A stretch of 64,000 nucleotides of DNA from the NCBI GenBank assembly GCA_964252035.1, contig OZ176200.1. One strand, given 5' to 3'. Below are positions 1 through 12,690 of this stretch, in pieces; the stretch's first letter is position 1; each line of letters begins with the position of its first letter. The notes beneath the pieces are model-generated. The model searched no databases. It saw only the letters and a program-made list of their open reading frames with translations, and had not been told where the DNA came from. The translations under genes and the position numbers were made by a program. Source of the stretch: Podarcis erhardii. Its lineage: Eukaryota.

Positions 1-185
1 CTCAGGTAAGTGGGGTTAGGACAGCAGCCTTAGTCTATGTCATTCATAGCAACTGCTCAATTGCACTTTTCTGCTCTGCACAGGTTTTCCTCTTTCTTCA
101 TAGTATACAGAAACCTCTCCAGGCCACCTACTCACTAGTCATTAAACAAGGCACATATGATAAGAAGAAACACATTGCTCCCCAC

Positions 186-326
186 CTGTAAAATCAGCAG
201 CATCTGGACAATGGAAGGTGGAAGCTTGGTTTGGACCCGAGGAAGAATCTCATCCAAATTCACTCTTAGTAAGACCAAATCTCGGAAGCCGAGCAACGCA
301 ATCTGGCGAATAGTCAATTCTTGGCC
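186..326 (-). CDS. PRR5L: PRR5L coding exon 6 (141 nt): GQELTIRQIALLGFRDLVLLRVNLDEILPRVQTKLPPSIVQMLLILQ; gene continues beyond the left edge
   Basis: Matches PRR5L GQELTIRQISLLGFRDLVLLKV...KLPSSIVQMLLILQ (HbrB/Protor domain); TACAG acceptor and CAG|GTGGGA donor. Confidence 0.96.
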
Positions 327-2224
327 CTGTACACACATTCAGAAAACAGTGGGGGAGTTAGTGGCTGTTGGTGCTGGGGTACATTTAACTCCATCTGACA
401 CCAATTTCAGAGCAGCTGTAAATAATGTCAGGGGTTAATTTTATGCTTTCACGTAAGAACTGGGGAATGAAGAGGGACAAAGAACATAATGCAGCATATG
501 ACTGGTCACATGAAGTTATAAACCTAACCACTACAGGCATGTGGATGGAGAGGTATTTACAGTGGTTAGTTAAAGAATCTGGGGAAAGGAAGACTTCCTA
601 CACAAGCAGGTAAATTATTCTACAAGTGGTAGCTTTCCTAGTGTTTGTTTGTTTAATGGCATTTATGAACTGCTGAATATTTTTAAAATATCTAAATTTT
701 GTGCAGTATAAAAACAAACAATAACATTAAAACAATGCTTAGTAGTGCAATAAAACAGTATAAAAACAATAAAATAGAAAATAAGGAGATTCAAAGCAAC
801 TCCCAATGCTTCATTGCAGCGATGAATCTATCTCCCCCCTCAGCCACAACCCAGTTAAACTGTGCCCTATATTCTCCATGGGAATAGTTATATAGGTAAC
901 CGCTCCGCAACCACTGAAGCAAATCTCTGGCTGGAGGGAATCCACATTTGTTAATCATCAATTCATAATGTGGTTAATGATGCAGCTAACATCTTCATCA
1001 AAATGCAAAATAGGAACAAAAGCCAATAGCTCCAAAGAAATGCTTTGCCCCCTTTGGGTATCAGAGCAGGTATTTATGGGCATACAAAATAAAGCTGTAG
1101 AAAGTATGAGATTTCTGCAGGGTCGCAGCATTAGCTTTGTAAGTGTTAACAAGCTAAATCAAGCACATAGTTTATCTTGCAAATTTAACCTGCTGTGAAA
1201 ATGTACTTATTCACATATTAAATCAATGACAGGGCTTACCAAGGATGGAAGTTTAAGTGTTATCTCTGCAAATGGGTGTCTTCAATCCATTGCTGAGATA
1301 ACAGGAATGCAGGGATATGTGACCATTTGCAGAACAGGATGGGGAAGTCATAAGTGGTTCGCGCAAACATGCACACACATCAATTATTACCTGCAATGCA
1401 CCAATTGTCCAAGACCCTTTCTACTGCTTCTGTGTTGGAAGTCTAGCTAGAAGTGGGGCATGGGGGATAATGTATCTGAAGAAAGGGGAACTTTCTAGGA
1501 AGGATCAGTGTTTGGAAAAGGATTAAGCATCTCCCTAGTGCCTCTTTCCCTCAGAGAGTCTATTTCCTCATATCATTCAGTGTTACAAACACTTGGCATT
1601 CTCTCTAGTCCATTTTCAGGAACCAACTTGGCGAAACAATTATTTCCAAGTAAACATTGTGAAGTTAGACTTGTGAAGAGCTTTGTAAGGCTTTCAAGTT
1701 GTGCCATGAACTATGTTTGCTTTAAAAGCACATATAACTCAGAATGGCCTTTAACACACATACACAATAATGGGGGGAAAGTCCAGAGACTTCAGTTGTA
1801 TTCCTTCCACCCCCCAAAAAAGTTCAGAGTTCAAAAAGCTTAACTCTGGACTTTACATAAATTTACAGGAACCAAGTTTAAAATTAATAATGAATTCTAT
1901 TTTATAGATTACATAATCTTGAACCAAATTTAATATTTGGCTGGCCATGTTGTTTTAAGGAAATCAAAACTTTTATTGAATGATTTGTGGGAAAGGAGAT
2001 CCTGATGAAAGATCTCATTTATAGCAAAGTGTTGGTGCAAAGGTTTTGCAGGATTCTACACTATCATTCCTTTACAAAGGAAAGATGGGAGAGGGGGGAA
2101 GTGGTATGACATAACTTGAGAAAAATCACTATGAAGCTTTCACATATTTAAACTTTATATAAGTCAAGTACTTGACAAGTTGCCCCATAACTAAATAGGT
2201 AAATGGTATTACTAAGTGGTAATA

Positions 2225-2611
2225 AAAAGGTAAAAAAGGTAAAGGACCCCTGGACAGTTATGTCCAGTCAAAGGCGACTCTGGGGTTGCATCACTCATCT
2301 TGCTTTCAGGCCGAAGGGGCCGGCATTTGTCCACAGACAGCTTTCTGGGTCATGTGGCCAGCATGACTAAACTGCTTCTGACACAACAGAACACCATGAT
2401 GGAAGCCAGAGAGCACGGAAACGCCATTTACCGTCCCGCCACAGCCGTCCCTATTTATCTACTTGTACTGGCGTGCTTTCGAACTGCTAGGTTGGCAGGA
2501 GCTGGGACAGAGCAATGGGAGCTCACACCGTCAAGGGATTCAAACTGCCGACCTTCTGATTGCAAGCCCAAGAGGCTCAGTGGTTTTAGACCACAGCGCC
2601 ACCTGCGTCCC
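2225..2611 (-). mobile_element. Sauria SINE (Squam1 type), full length, longer variant
   Basis: Head GGGACGCAGGTGGCGCTGTGG and (ACCTTT)n tail on the minus strand; 13-bp TSD CTAAGTGGTAATA at 2212-2224 and 2617-2629. Confidence 0.9.
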
Positions 2612-2892
2612 TTTACCTAAGTGGTAATATTGTCAAGTGGATTCAGAGCTGGTTGGAAAACTATTTTCAGACGTGTTCTCATAAATGAATCCTCTTCAGA
2701 CTGGAGGGGTGTTTCAAGGGGGCTGATAGTATCTAGCTCCCACCTAAGGTGATACCTCCCCCCAACACTGGGGTTTCTGAAGAACCATATTGCCATGAAT
2801 AGAAAGTAAGAACTGTCTGATTAGGTGCCACCATTCAGCTCTCAGACTTTCAAAAAGTTTGGCTTGGCAGACTCTGTAATAAAACATGTTTA

Positions 2893-3450
2893 TTGTTCTT
2901 CAACCTTGGGGTCCCCAGATGGTGCTGGACTACACCTGCCAGCATCACCAGCCAGTGTAGCCAATGTTGAGGGATGCTGGAAGTTGATCAAGGGTCTGGA
3001 AACCAAGCCTTATGAGGAATGGTTGAGGGAGTTGGATATGTTTAGCCTGGTAAAGAGAAGACAGGGAGGAGATGTGATAGCCACCTTCAAATATCTAAAG
3101 GGCCATCGCATGGAAGAGGGAGCAAGCTTGCGTCCTCCTGCTCTGGAGAGTAAGACTTGAACCAATGGCTTCACATTACAAGAAAGGGGATTCCAACTAA
3201 ACATCAGGAAGAACTTTCTGACAATAAGAGCTGTTCAACAGTGGAACAGACTCCCTTGGAAGGTGATGGACTCCCCCTCCTTGGAGGTTTTTAAGCAGAG
3301 GTTGGATGGCCATCTGTCATGGATGCTTTAGTTGAGATTCCTGCACTGCAGGGGGTTGGAGTAAATGACCCTTGGGGTCCCTTCCAACTCTACAGTTCTC
3401 TGATACTATGATTCTATGACATTTGGGGATCCAACTTTGAAAAAAAACTG
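2893..3450. mobile_element. hAT-type MITE split by the CR1 insertion (halves about 2893-2985 and 3420-3450)
   Basis: Both halves resemble the intact MITE at 37721-37843. Confidence 0.5.
2985..3419 (+). mobile_element. CR1 LINE 3' fragment
   Basis: ORF2 end (GLETKPYEEWLRELDMFSLVKRR...FKYLKG), CR1 3'UTR and terminal ATTCTATG-like repeats. Confidence 0.9.
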
Positions 3451-5028
3451 TCGTAGAATTTTAAAATTGGTGCTTATTGTTTAAAACCACATTGTGACGT
3501 CTACCTTCAAAGCAGTGTACCATTGGGTGAAATTGACTTCTCAGCTGATTTACACTCCAGTTCTGAATACACTACAAGGAAAGACATTTCACTTTTTTTA
3601 AAAAAAAAAGTCTTATTTCCATTTAATATTTTAAGGATTGAGACATAAATCACTTTAAAAGTAGCAAGAGGGAGACCATAGCCTTCTAAAACAGGCATTC
3701 TCACACATACCGTCTATCATCTGCTGCAAGTATGGGAAATAAAGAGGGATAGGAAAGGAGGAAGAGAGAGAATTAATACAGACATCATGAGAAGTTAGTA
3801 TATACATAGCAAAAAGCAAGTATTTCCAGTCTTCTAGACCTTTTGGAAATTGCCAGGTTGTGAGCTGAGTAGGAGGCTTGTATCATGCCTTTAGTAGATA
3901 TTTTGGAGCTGGAAGTGTGGGGGGGGATAAGCCAGCCAATACCAGATTGCCAAGGGCAGACATAGAAGCATGTGACCTTCATAAGAATTTCATTCTGTGG
4001 GAAATTTATGCTGCCAGAAACTCCTCATGCCCAGACAAGATTTCTTCTTTGGTTCACAAGGTAGCTGTCTCTCATTTAGGTGACTCCTAAGAGGCCAACT
4101 CCTTGAGGCCAACTCCTTGGGGGTAGCATAGGGTGGGGGGGTGTGGATATTATCATTTAGGTCCCTCAAGTTCAAGAATAATTACTATAGCAGGGAATGA
4201 CTGGGTATTCTCTGCCCTCTTATCTCAAAGTAGCTATTTTAAAATACCCATTTAAAAGTTACTCAGTAGTTAGGATTGTTAGGGTCTGTCAAGCAAACAA
4301 TACATAGAATGGTTGGTCCTTCACTGAAGCCAACTGAGTAAGAGGCCAACAAATTTTTTGTTGTTCCCCTGCACAAGGGGGAGGAGAATCCAGCCCACAA
4401 ACAGCAGAAAAATTAAACTGCTAACTGTTGCAAAATGCACACCCTTTTAACTGTCTGGATGTGCCTTTTCGCAAATCAACCCATGGTTTGAAAATGAAGA
4501 GCCAGCCTTGGAAATGGGCACTCCCTTCTCTCCACAGCTACCCTTCTTACAAAATATATTTTGTGTGTGCAGTTTGTAATGTCTTGATATGAACTACAAT
4601 GACAGGACATGATATACAATGTACAGTATACTATAAATTTTTTTTGGGGGGGGGGGAATGTACTTTGTTTTTGTAATGGAGCCACTTGATCCACCAACAG
4701 GAGCCAGGTGGAAAAGTGTGACCAGGGGGGTACCCTCAAAATTTAAGAAGAGAGCCTGTCTAAGTACATGCTTACCCTCAGAATTTGTTTTCAGTACCAG
4801 AACTTTCCCACAAAAATCCATTCCTGGTTATACACACACATCCTCTTTTCCTTTTCAGCAATCTGGTTTTTTATGGGGGGAGGTGAGAGGCCTTTCTATC
4901 TGTTAACCAATTAGGAGTCAATTGTGGATAGAATGAAACTCACTGAGAGATCTACCAGTAGATTCAAATCTACTTTCTTCGCATCTGCTATAAAGGGATT
5001 GAAAGGGAAGCCTGAAAGGAAATTTACA

Positions 5029-5630
5029 TGGGACATCCAGATTTGAAAGGTCTAAAGAAATAAAATTGGAGTTTTTACTCCTAAATATAAAAATCTGGAT
5101 GGAAGAAATGGGCCTTTTTGAGATAGACTCCTTCCGAGATTGGACATTCCAAATTAAAGATGACTGGTAAAGGACTATGGTCTAGATAGATGTGGGAGCT
5201 CCAGGAAGACATCAGACGTTGATGAACATTGGGAACGCAACCGGGAAAGGGGGGAGGGAAATTTGGAATCCAAAGGGCGTAAAATTATATTTGATTATTT
5301 TAATTATATTTTATAATTTTATCCTTATTAATTATATTTGATTATTTTAATCTGTATTGTGTATCAAAGGGGGGAACGCGTGGAAGGGAACAGGTCGATT
5401 TTAGGGGATGGGAAAATATTTTTAAAACTGGGCTAATGATAATAAGTTCAAAATCTGGGATAAGAACTTGCTGAATTTATTTGTAAGAATTGGAATACAA
5501 GAGGGGGAGGGGAGGGGAAGTCCTGGAAATATGTTATTGAAAATAAGATTTTAAATTCGGATGTTGTTTTTTTTTTGTTGTTGTTATAATTGGAAATTTC
5601 TAATAAATATTATTAAAAAAAACAAAAACA
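5029..5630 (+). mobile_element. 602-bp poly(A)-tailed retroposed element, probably L1-derived and non-autonomous
   Basis: 15-bp TSD GAAAGGAAATTTACA at 5014-5028 and 5631-5645; AATAAA plus A-rich tail; purine-rich 3' part resembling lizard L1 3'UTRs. Confidence 0.65.
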
Positions 5631-5777
5631 GAAAGGAAATTTACAAAGGGCAGAAATCTTGGCCTTTAAGGAAGCTCCAGAGAGGTTCATTCTTTTTGAC
5701 CTCTTGGGTGTTTAGATGTCAATGGACCATTTGTCCCACATGACAACTCCACTCCATTAGCATATCAAGGTATATAA

Positions 5778-6228
5778 CAGTAGCTGTTCTATTACAAAGG
5801 AATTTCAGAAATAGACTGGAAAGAGAAGCTGCTGAATTGCAACTTATCACCAAACTTAAAACTATGGAGAGACCTGGTTTGAATAAAGACATTGGATTCT
5901 TATCTCATTATACATGACAAAGCCATTTTTCACCTTCTCACCCCTTGCTTTTTCCTGTTAGACCTATTGCAGTCGTTAAGAGTCGTCAACAGGCTCATCG
6001 CAGCTATCTGCCAATCACCCATTCCCACCACCCTTCTGAGTAATACCCCTCCCCACCTTCTCACTATATAGAAAGGTCCGGTGACTTCTGTTTCAGTGTA
6101 TCTGAAGAAGTGTGCATGCACACGAAAGCTCATACCTAGAACTAACTCAGTTGGTCTTTAAGGTGCTACTGGAAGGAATTTTTTTATTTTGTTTTGACCA
6201 TGGCAGACCAACACGGCTACCTATCTGT
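5778..6228 (+). mobile_element. Penelope-like element (PLE) 3' fragment: end of the GIY-YIG endonuclease ORF, 3' terminal repeat and hammerhead motif
   Basis: 5780-5917 reads VAVLLQRNFRNRLEREAAELQLITKLKTMERPGLNKDIGFLSHYT*, typical of a PLE endonuclease C-terminus; 11-bp TSD AAGGTATATAA at 5767-5777 and 6229-6239. Confidence 0.85.
6098..6135 (+). ncRNA. Minimal type I hammerhead ribozyme motif (PLE-associated), intact
   Basis: GTAT-CTGAAGA-A-GTGTG catg CACAC-GAAA-GCT-C-ATAC: catalytic core, 5-bp stem II, palindromic AGCT stem III, 4-bp stem I. Confidence 0.8.
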
Positions 6229-6619
6229 AAGGTATATAAAGATGTCAAAGGATCTTCACAACTCATCTGCCCTCCTTTGTTTTTTGGAAGTTTCTTCTGC
6301 CTATGTTTTAGCAAGTATGCCCATGTAAGTGTGGTCAAAATACTGAACTGGTGGAAACCAGTTCAAAACATGGGATGAGGAAGTCTGTTTTAAGGTACAT
6401 TTGAAGTCACACAGAATTTGTATCCTATTAGAATACTAAGACCTCCTCTATATATCTTTAAGTTCGGCAGTACATCTAAAGAAATCTGTGGTTTATACCT
6501 GAAATCTATTTCTTTACAGTTTAAGTGTTGGGTGTCTCAACAGCTTTCAGAGAGGTAGTTTGTGGTAAGTTTGAACTGTATTCTCCTCCCTGCCAAGCTT
6601 ATATTTTAACTAGACTTAC

Positions 6620-6711
6620 CTGAACAGGGTAAAATATAGCCTGGAGTGTGGGAAGAGTCTCTGTGAAGAAGTGATCCCAGAGTTCAGATAGTATGTCAAT
6701 GCGATTCTCTT
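6620..6711 (-). CDS. PRR5L: PRR5L coding exon 5 (92 nt): (E)ENRIDILSELWDHFFTETLPTLQAIFYPVQ
   Basis: Matches PRR5L ENRIEVLAEVWDHFFTETLPTLQAIFYPVQ; TTGCTTAG acceptor and CAG|GTAAGT donor. Confidence 0.96.
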
Positions 6712-6896
6712 CTAAGCAAACAGAGGGTGGGGTGAAGAAAAAGAACCTTGTTTTAGAACTTGGTCTCTGATATTCAGCTATACTCTACCCAAAGCAAGCC
6801 ATCCAACTATTGACTAATTCTCTGTAAAGGCAGACAAGTGTTGGTAACTGTAGCTCAGTTTATGTTTCCACCTCTTCCAAGATATTGTGTCCTCCA

Positions 6897-7681
6897 TGTT
6901 GTGGTAAGATCACATAAACTGCCTCCCTGTTGTGGGGCGGGACCGTTTGGATAGCCACAACACCCCATTGATTGCTCCTTGGCTGCTGGGGTAGAAATTT
7001 GGCCTGTTGGGTCATCTATTGGCTACTGGGGGGCTATTTAAGCTGTTGCACGTTGCTGGGAGCTTTCTCTTTCCTACAATGTGCATCGAATCACCCTCCT
7101 ACCCTCCCTATACTTAGGGCTGTTCTTTGGCCTTGCTTTGCCTGTCTAGGAGTTGTCTGTTTTGGAGCAGGGGCCCGGTAGGAATTTTGCCACAGGCTGA
7201 TTGGCTGTTGCCATTTGGTTTTTGCCTAGCGTGTAGCAAATTGTCACAACTTTGTAAGGTTGGTGGGTTAGGCATTGGTTCAATGTTTTGTGGAGAGAAA
7301 GTGGTTGGCTGTGCCTGCCCCTCCATCGCTGCTGCTAGAGAATTCTGTTGCAGGAATCCAGGGGTTCACCTTGCTTTTGTCCTAACCCTGGCAAGGAGCT
7401 AGGGCCATGCCAGAGCCCCTGGGAGCATCTGGGGTGAGCTGAGAGATCAAAGCCAGCTTCTCACTCCCCCAGGATGCTTTCCCTTACTGACATATCATGG
7501 TGCCCAGTGTCAGTCCTGTTCCTGCCACCATGCAGGTTCAGGTGGTCTGGAACTAATGCCTAAGGAACCACTCACATGCTGCAATCAATAAAGTTGTGGA
7601 CAAAATTTAATGCCAAAAACCTTAAACTAAATTTTGTGTCTATTGTGTCTTTATTTGGGGGTGGTTTTGGGGGTCTTCACA
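6897..7681 (+). mobile_element. Probable solo LTR
   Basis: TG...CA ends, ATTGG motifs, TATTTAA box and AATAAA at about 7587 shortly before the end; no TSD found, so boundaries are uncertain. Confidence 0.45.
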
Positions 7682-10618
7682 CACAAAAAGGGGGGAAATG
7701 CTAGCCTCGGTCCAGAAATAACCAGTGTACCACACTGCCTTTGGCAAAGGTGATATGAAGCTTTTAAAACAAGGTTTATCCTTTTTGTAAAAAGCAAAGA
7801 ATGAAAGAAAAACCTTGCAAATCTCTTTAGGAGCGGGACCTTAATGCCCAAAGTCATGCAAAATCTAGTTAGCCTTCAACTAAAACCATGAACACATTAT
7901 GGGAAAGAGGGGGCAAATGTAACAGCCAAATGTTTAATTTAAGGAACTGACCTCCTTGTTGTTGATTTCAGGGCATGAATATTTGGGTGCTCCCTTAAAT
8001 CCTACTAAGTCCTATGTTCTGTAACTGCAGAACCACTCAGTACCCGTGGAATATAGTAAGCTATATCGTCATTATAGTGGGCTGTATCTACTCAGGGTAA
8101 AAACCATTGGTGTAAATCCAAATTTGCATTGAACATTGATACTGGTACCCATCTGGACCTGATTTTGTTTTTCGTGGGATGTAAACATGAATGTGCATCT
8201 CCAACTATTTTCTGATGTTGGCGCAGCAGCTTTCACAAAAATACTACTTTCAGCCACAACTGAAGTTGGCACACAGCACAGATGCATATGTATGGAGATT
8301 CCCCTGCAGAAATGTGTCCTTCTCACTATTGTTATCCTATCAGCATGGTGTATTTCAAAGGGGCAGGGAAGGCATCTTCATGTCACACAGAGCAAGCAAG
8401 ATCAAATGCCTACTATCTGATTAACCAAGTAGCTCTCATCTTCACCACCGATGTCATAACTCCTGTGGTCACCAGGTTTTCAAACATTTTTCAGTTCACA
8501 TGCCCAAGCCAAAGCAAAGGAGCATCTACGTGATCTTTGGTATAACCATGGAAAATAAGCATCGCTCATTTCCCCCTGCCAAAAAATAAGTTTCAGCAGC
8601 CACAAACTGGCACTGTTTGCATTCCACATAAATGTGAGTGATTCAGAAACTCACCACCCAGAAGCTGCCAAAATGAGCTTTTCTTTCCAATCTGGAACTA
8701 TTAGTTTTAAGCTGCTGGATGTTCTCAGAGGCCAGAGGGCAGTACAAGCAGATAGATGTATGTCCTGGCTTAACCCACATATGGACATGGTTTCCAAAGG
8801 GACTGTGTGACTTACACTGCAGACCTCAAACTGAGTACTGTAGATCTGAATATTGCAATGTTACAGCCAAATTCCCACCTAATATAGCTCAGGCTCACTT
8901 CCCAATAAGAGTGCTTAGAGTTGCAGCCTGAGCAACCTATGGCCCACTGTTTTTCAACATAAAGTTTTACTGCTTTCAAAATTAAACTTCAGGTTGTGAA
9001 ATTTTTCCCATGGAGGAAGCCAGCATTCTCCAGGACTAGACCAGCTGGAATTAAGTTTACAAGTTGAATTTTAGCAGCAAACAGCATATCAAACTCTGGA
9101 GCTGCTGTATCACACCCAATCTGCCTGCTGATTACTTGCTAGGAGCAGGTTCAGTCCACTAAAAAATAAAAATCAACAGAAGGAATCACAGCATAAGAGC
9201 TGCAAACGGTTATTTGAGGAGCTCCTTTCTTCCTTTACTTTTGCAAGTTTGGGTACAGTCAGATCCAAGTGATAAGAAACTAGACGAGAGAGCCATACAT
9301 GATAAAGCAGGCCCATAATTGAATCTCCCTTGTTTACCTATGACAAGTCACAATTGCCTCCTTGTAACCAAAACTAGAAGGGAATAGTTTCTTATTTTTC
9401 TCTTTTTGGGACATCAGGGAATGACATACATGTGTACAGGCAAGCTAATAAACCTTTTTTGTGGCCTAGTAAAAAATTATGAGCTTATTGCATGTCTGTG
9501 AAAAAGCGATATACCATGACCACTGGAAGCCTTCCCAGATCTTCCTGGTTTTGACAGTCACACACTGCCCATCTGAATCATAGGATATGAACAGAGAAAT
9601 CCAGAATCCACAGCCTCCTGCTAGCAGCCCTTTGCAGAGCAGCAGGACCGCCATCGCTTCCACAGTCCAGCAAATCACAGTAGTGACAGCGCAAAGGGGG
9701 AGAGAGCAGAATGATCTGGAATGATCACTGGCCCAATGACCAGGCACCAATAACATCATGTGAGCAGATGTTGGGCAGGCTCAGCCCCTCCCCACCCTCA
9801 GGATGCCCTTTTTAAGGATCTCTTCCTCAGCTTGCTCAGCTGCCTGCACATTCAGTGGATGGAAGGAGGAGGCTGGTGCCAATGGAGAGATGCTTGCTTT
9901 ACTGTGACAGAGGGAAGTCAGCTCAGCCAGAAAGCCTCCGCTTAACCCAAATGCTCCCTGACAGCCTAGCACAAGGGATTGTTCTGTTAATTGTTCTGCT
10001 AAGATGTGAGAAATATCTTGCCACGGTACTGCCGGCTAGAAATCCAGAAGTCACAAGATTCACCTTACCACTACTTATCTATTTTATAGAATTTCTGTAC
10101 TGCCCTTCATCCAAGGATCACAGGGTGGTTTACCATATAAAAACAGAAAATTACTCAACATAGTAACGAACAAAAACAATAACACACAGAGTTGAAAAGG
10201 TCCTGGCCGCTGAATTCTGTAGCAGCTAAAGTTCCTAAGCCACTTTCAGAGGCAACCCCATGTATACCATATTGCTAGATGTTAGCAAGACAATAAGGAC
10301 AAAGAGAAGTGGGTCCATGAACAAGTGCTATATGTAGCAATTCCCACTTTATAAGTGATTATTTGTATTAGCTTTTTTTCTTTTAGGAAGAGAAAGTTAC
10401 TTCCTCTGTGCTCCAATTAAATTTCTACTCTGTGCTATCATCAGGGCTCAGTTTCTTGCTTGTACAGAACAGGACCTTATAATATTTAGTCATGTGACTC
10501 ACAGGTGTTGGTTTTTCCACAAAACCGCCTAAGTGACCCAAGCCTGAAAAGATAACTCACAGGGCTTTTAGGGAACCCAGAGCCCTCTCCTGAAGTGCAG
10601 CAGCCCCTCTATACTTGC

Positions 10619-10676
10619 CTTCACAAAGTTTAACCTTCTCCTCCATGAACAGCAAGCCCTTCGAAAGGAGCTGGTT
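10619..10676 (-). CDS. PRR5L: PRR5L coding exon 4 (58 nt): NQLLSKGLLFMEEKVKLCE, ending at a GC donor
   Basis: Matches PRR5L NQLLAKGLFFVEEKIKLCE; pyrimidine tract plus TAG acceptor; donor AAG|GCAAGT is required to keep the frame. Confidence 0.93.
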
Positions 10677-12340
10677 CTACCAAAAAGAGAAGAGAAACAG
10701 ACTGAACATACATGTGATGATTTCCATTTTTAAGAATGCTATTTATAGTGGATTCACCCAGCCAGGCGGCAATATGCTTTCAACCCAGTACGCTCTCGGT
10801 CATCCAGTTCTGTATTAATGGCAAAGCACACACTTGCAGTAATACCTATTTCATATAACTAAGCTGCCAAATGGTGTAGTAATTATCACTCAAAAACCAC
10901 TGCCAGGAAATCTGCCCTTAGCCTATTCTTTCATACGATTATTCAGAAGCAGGGTAGGCATTACAGTTCAATTCAGTCGTGCTTTCTTTTTCAACTTGCC
11001 AACAAACCCATAAGTAGTACCACGATAGTTAAATTCAGTTAAACTGGGTTAGAATGTGCATGCAATGCTAATAACCACAACTCCGCAACTGAGAAATCCA
11101 TTCTGTGCATTTATCAAGTTCCTGAGAATAATGAATGAAAGGACATGCTCTGCCTTCAATGTGAGCTTACTTGCAATTTAATGAACACACCACGACCAGA
11201 AATATGGAGTAGAGAATATCCCTTACATCAGTAGCACACCATGCATACCTTGAAGGTCCCATACTATAACCGCATCTCTTGTTAAAGTCAACAGCCTCCA
11301 CCAAATTCTGCAATTAGAAAACTAATACAATAGGCCAATCTCTTTGGAGCGGCAAGAGACAGTCTCAGGAAATTAACCGTTTGTCTAAAATTAAAAAGAA
11401 AGCACATTGTTATGACTACCCAGCTAGTCTTCCACTATGTCAGGAATTAGGAGTACAATACAATTTTTACTCTGCATATGACATCTTCAGTGTATATGTA
11501 GTACTTTATGGAATAAGCTGCTGCATAAAACCAGCAACCTCAAGCTGGGTAGTGAAGAGAGGAAAGAAAAGCAAAAATTAAAGGAGAACAATGTTTTTAT
11601 CTCATGAATGTGGCAGAAATCCATTGCCTATCCTTTTGCCTTTCCTGATCATCTGACAATCAGCTTAACTTGGTGACCCCCCATCATCTACTGTTATGAG
11701 CTGATAATAAAAACTTCCTTTTATCTGCTTTCTGAGTAAGTTAGCCAGTTGTTTAATTATCTATATTTAACCCTTTGTTAAAGTTGCGAATGAAGACTAA
11801 AGCTTCAAAGGACTGGTTTCCTCAAGTTTGGAAAAAAATAAAACAGACTCAAACAGGAGCAGAGCACATGCAAACCTGGCATGGTTTGCACATAATGCTA
11901 ATCTAAACCATGGCTTAGGTTAGCACAACACAGAACGACTGGGAAGGAGCAAAACAGACATATACTCTTCTCTAGAAGCCTGTCTATTTGCTCATTCACC
12001 CTAAGCAATTACTTTGCTTAGCACTGCATATAAACAAGGACACAGTGAGTAATGGATGTGACACCCTGCTTCTAAATTTACTGGCAGGTTATTCTTTCTA
12101 ACTTTCAGGTTCATACATAGTCTGTTGACATCCATCTGTCTCAGAAGACAATGGAGGACTGTACCTTTGGGGATGAAGTCAAACTCAAACCGCCTGGGCG
12201 TGTAGGTTCTGCAGTAGTGCAATGATCCCTCAAACAGGAATGGCTTCACTCCTTTGCTCTGAGTGTACATGCATCCATTCATTGTGGTTTCATGATTACT
12301 CATATATTCCAATTATTAATGGGTAATCTATATGCAAGCA

Positions 12341-12690
12341 GGGACGTGGGTGGCGCTGGGGGTTAAACCTCAGAGCCTAAGGCTTGCCAATCAGAAGATT
12401 GGCGGTTCGAGTCCCCGCGACGGGGTGAGCTCCCATTGTTCGGTCCCCGCTTCTGCCAACCTAGCAGTTCAAAAGCACGTCAAAGTGCAAGTAGATAAGT
12501 AGGTACTGCTCTGGCGGGAAGGTAAACGGCATTTCCATGCGCTGCTCTGGTTCGCCAGAAGCGGCTTAGTCATGCTAGCCATATGACCCGGAAGCTGTAC
12601 GCCAGCTCCCTTGGCCAATAAAGCGAGATGAGCGCCGCAACCCCAGAGTCATCTACAACTGGACCCAATGGTCAGGGGTCCCTTTACCTT
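12341..12690 (+). mobile_element. Sauria SINE, full length
   Basis: GGGACGTGGGTGGCGCTG head, CCTTTACCTT tail; 11-bp TSD TATATGCAAGC at 12329-12339 and 12691-12701. Confidence 0.9.

Noticed and set aside
1-11. Strong plus-strand donor CAG|GTAAGT at the window start
   Set aside because: It is antisense to PRR5L and no upstream context is visible, so it cannot be evaluated.
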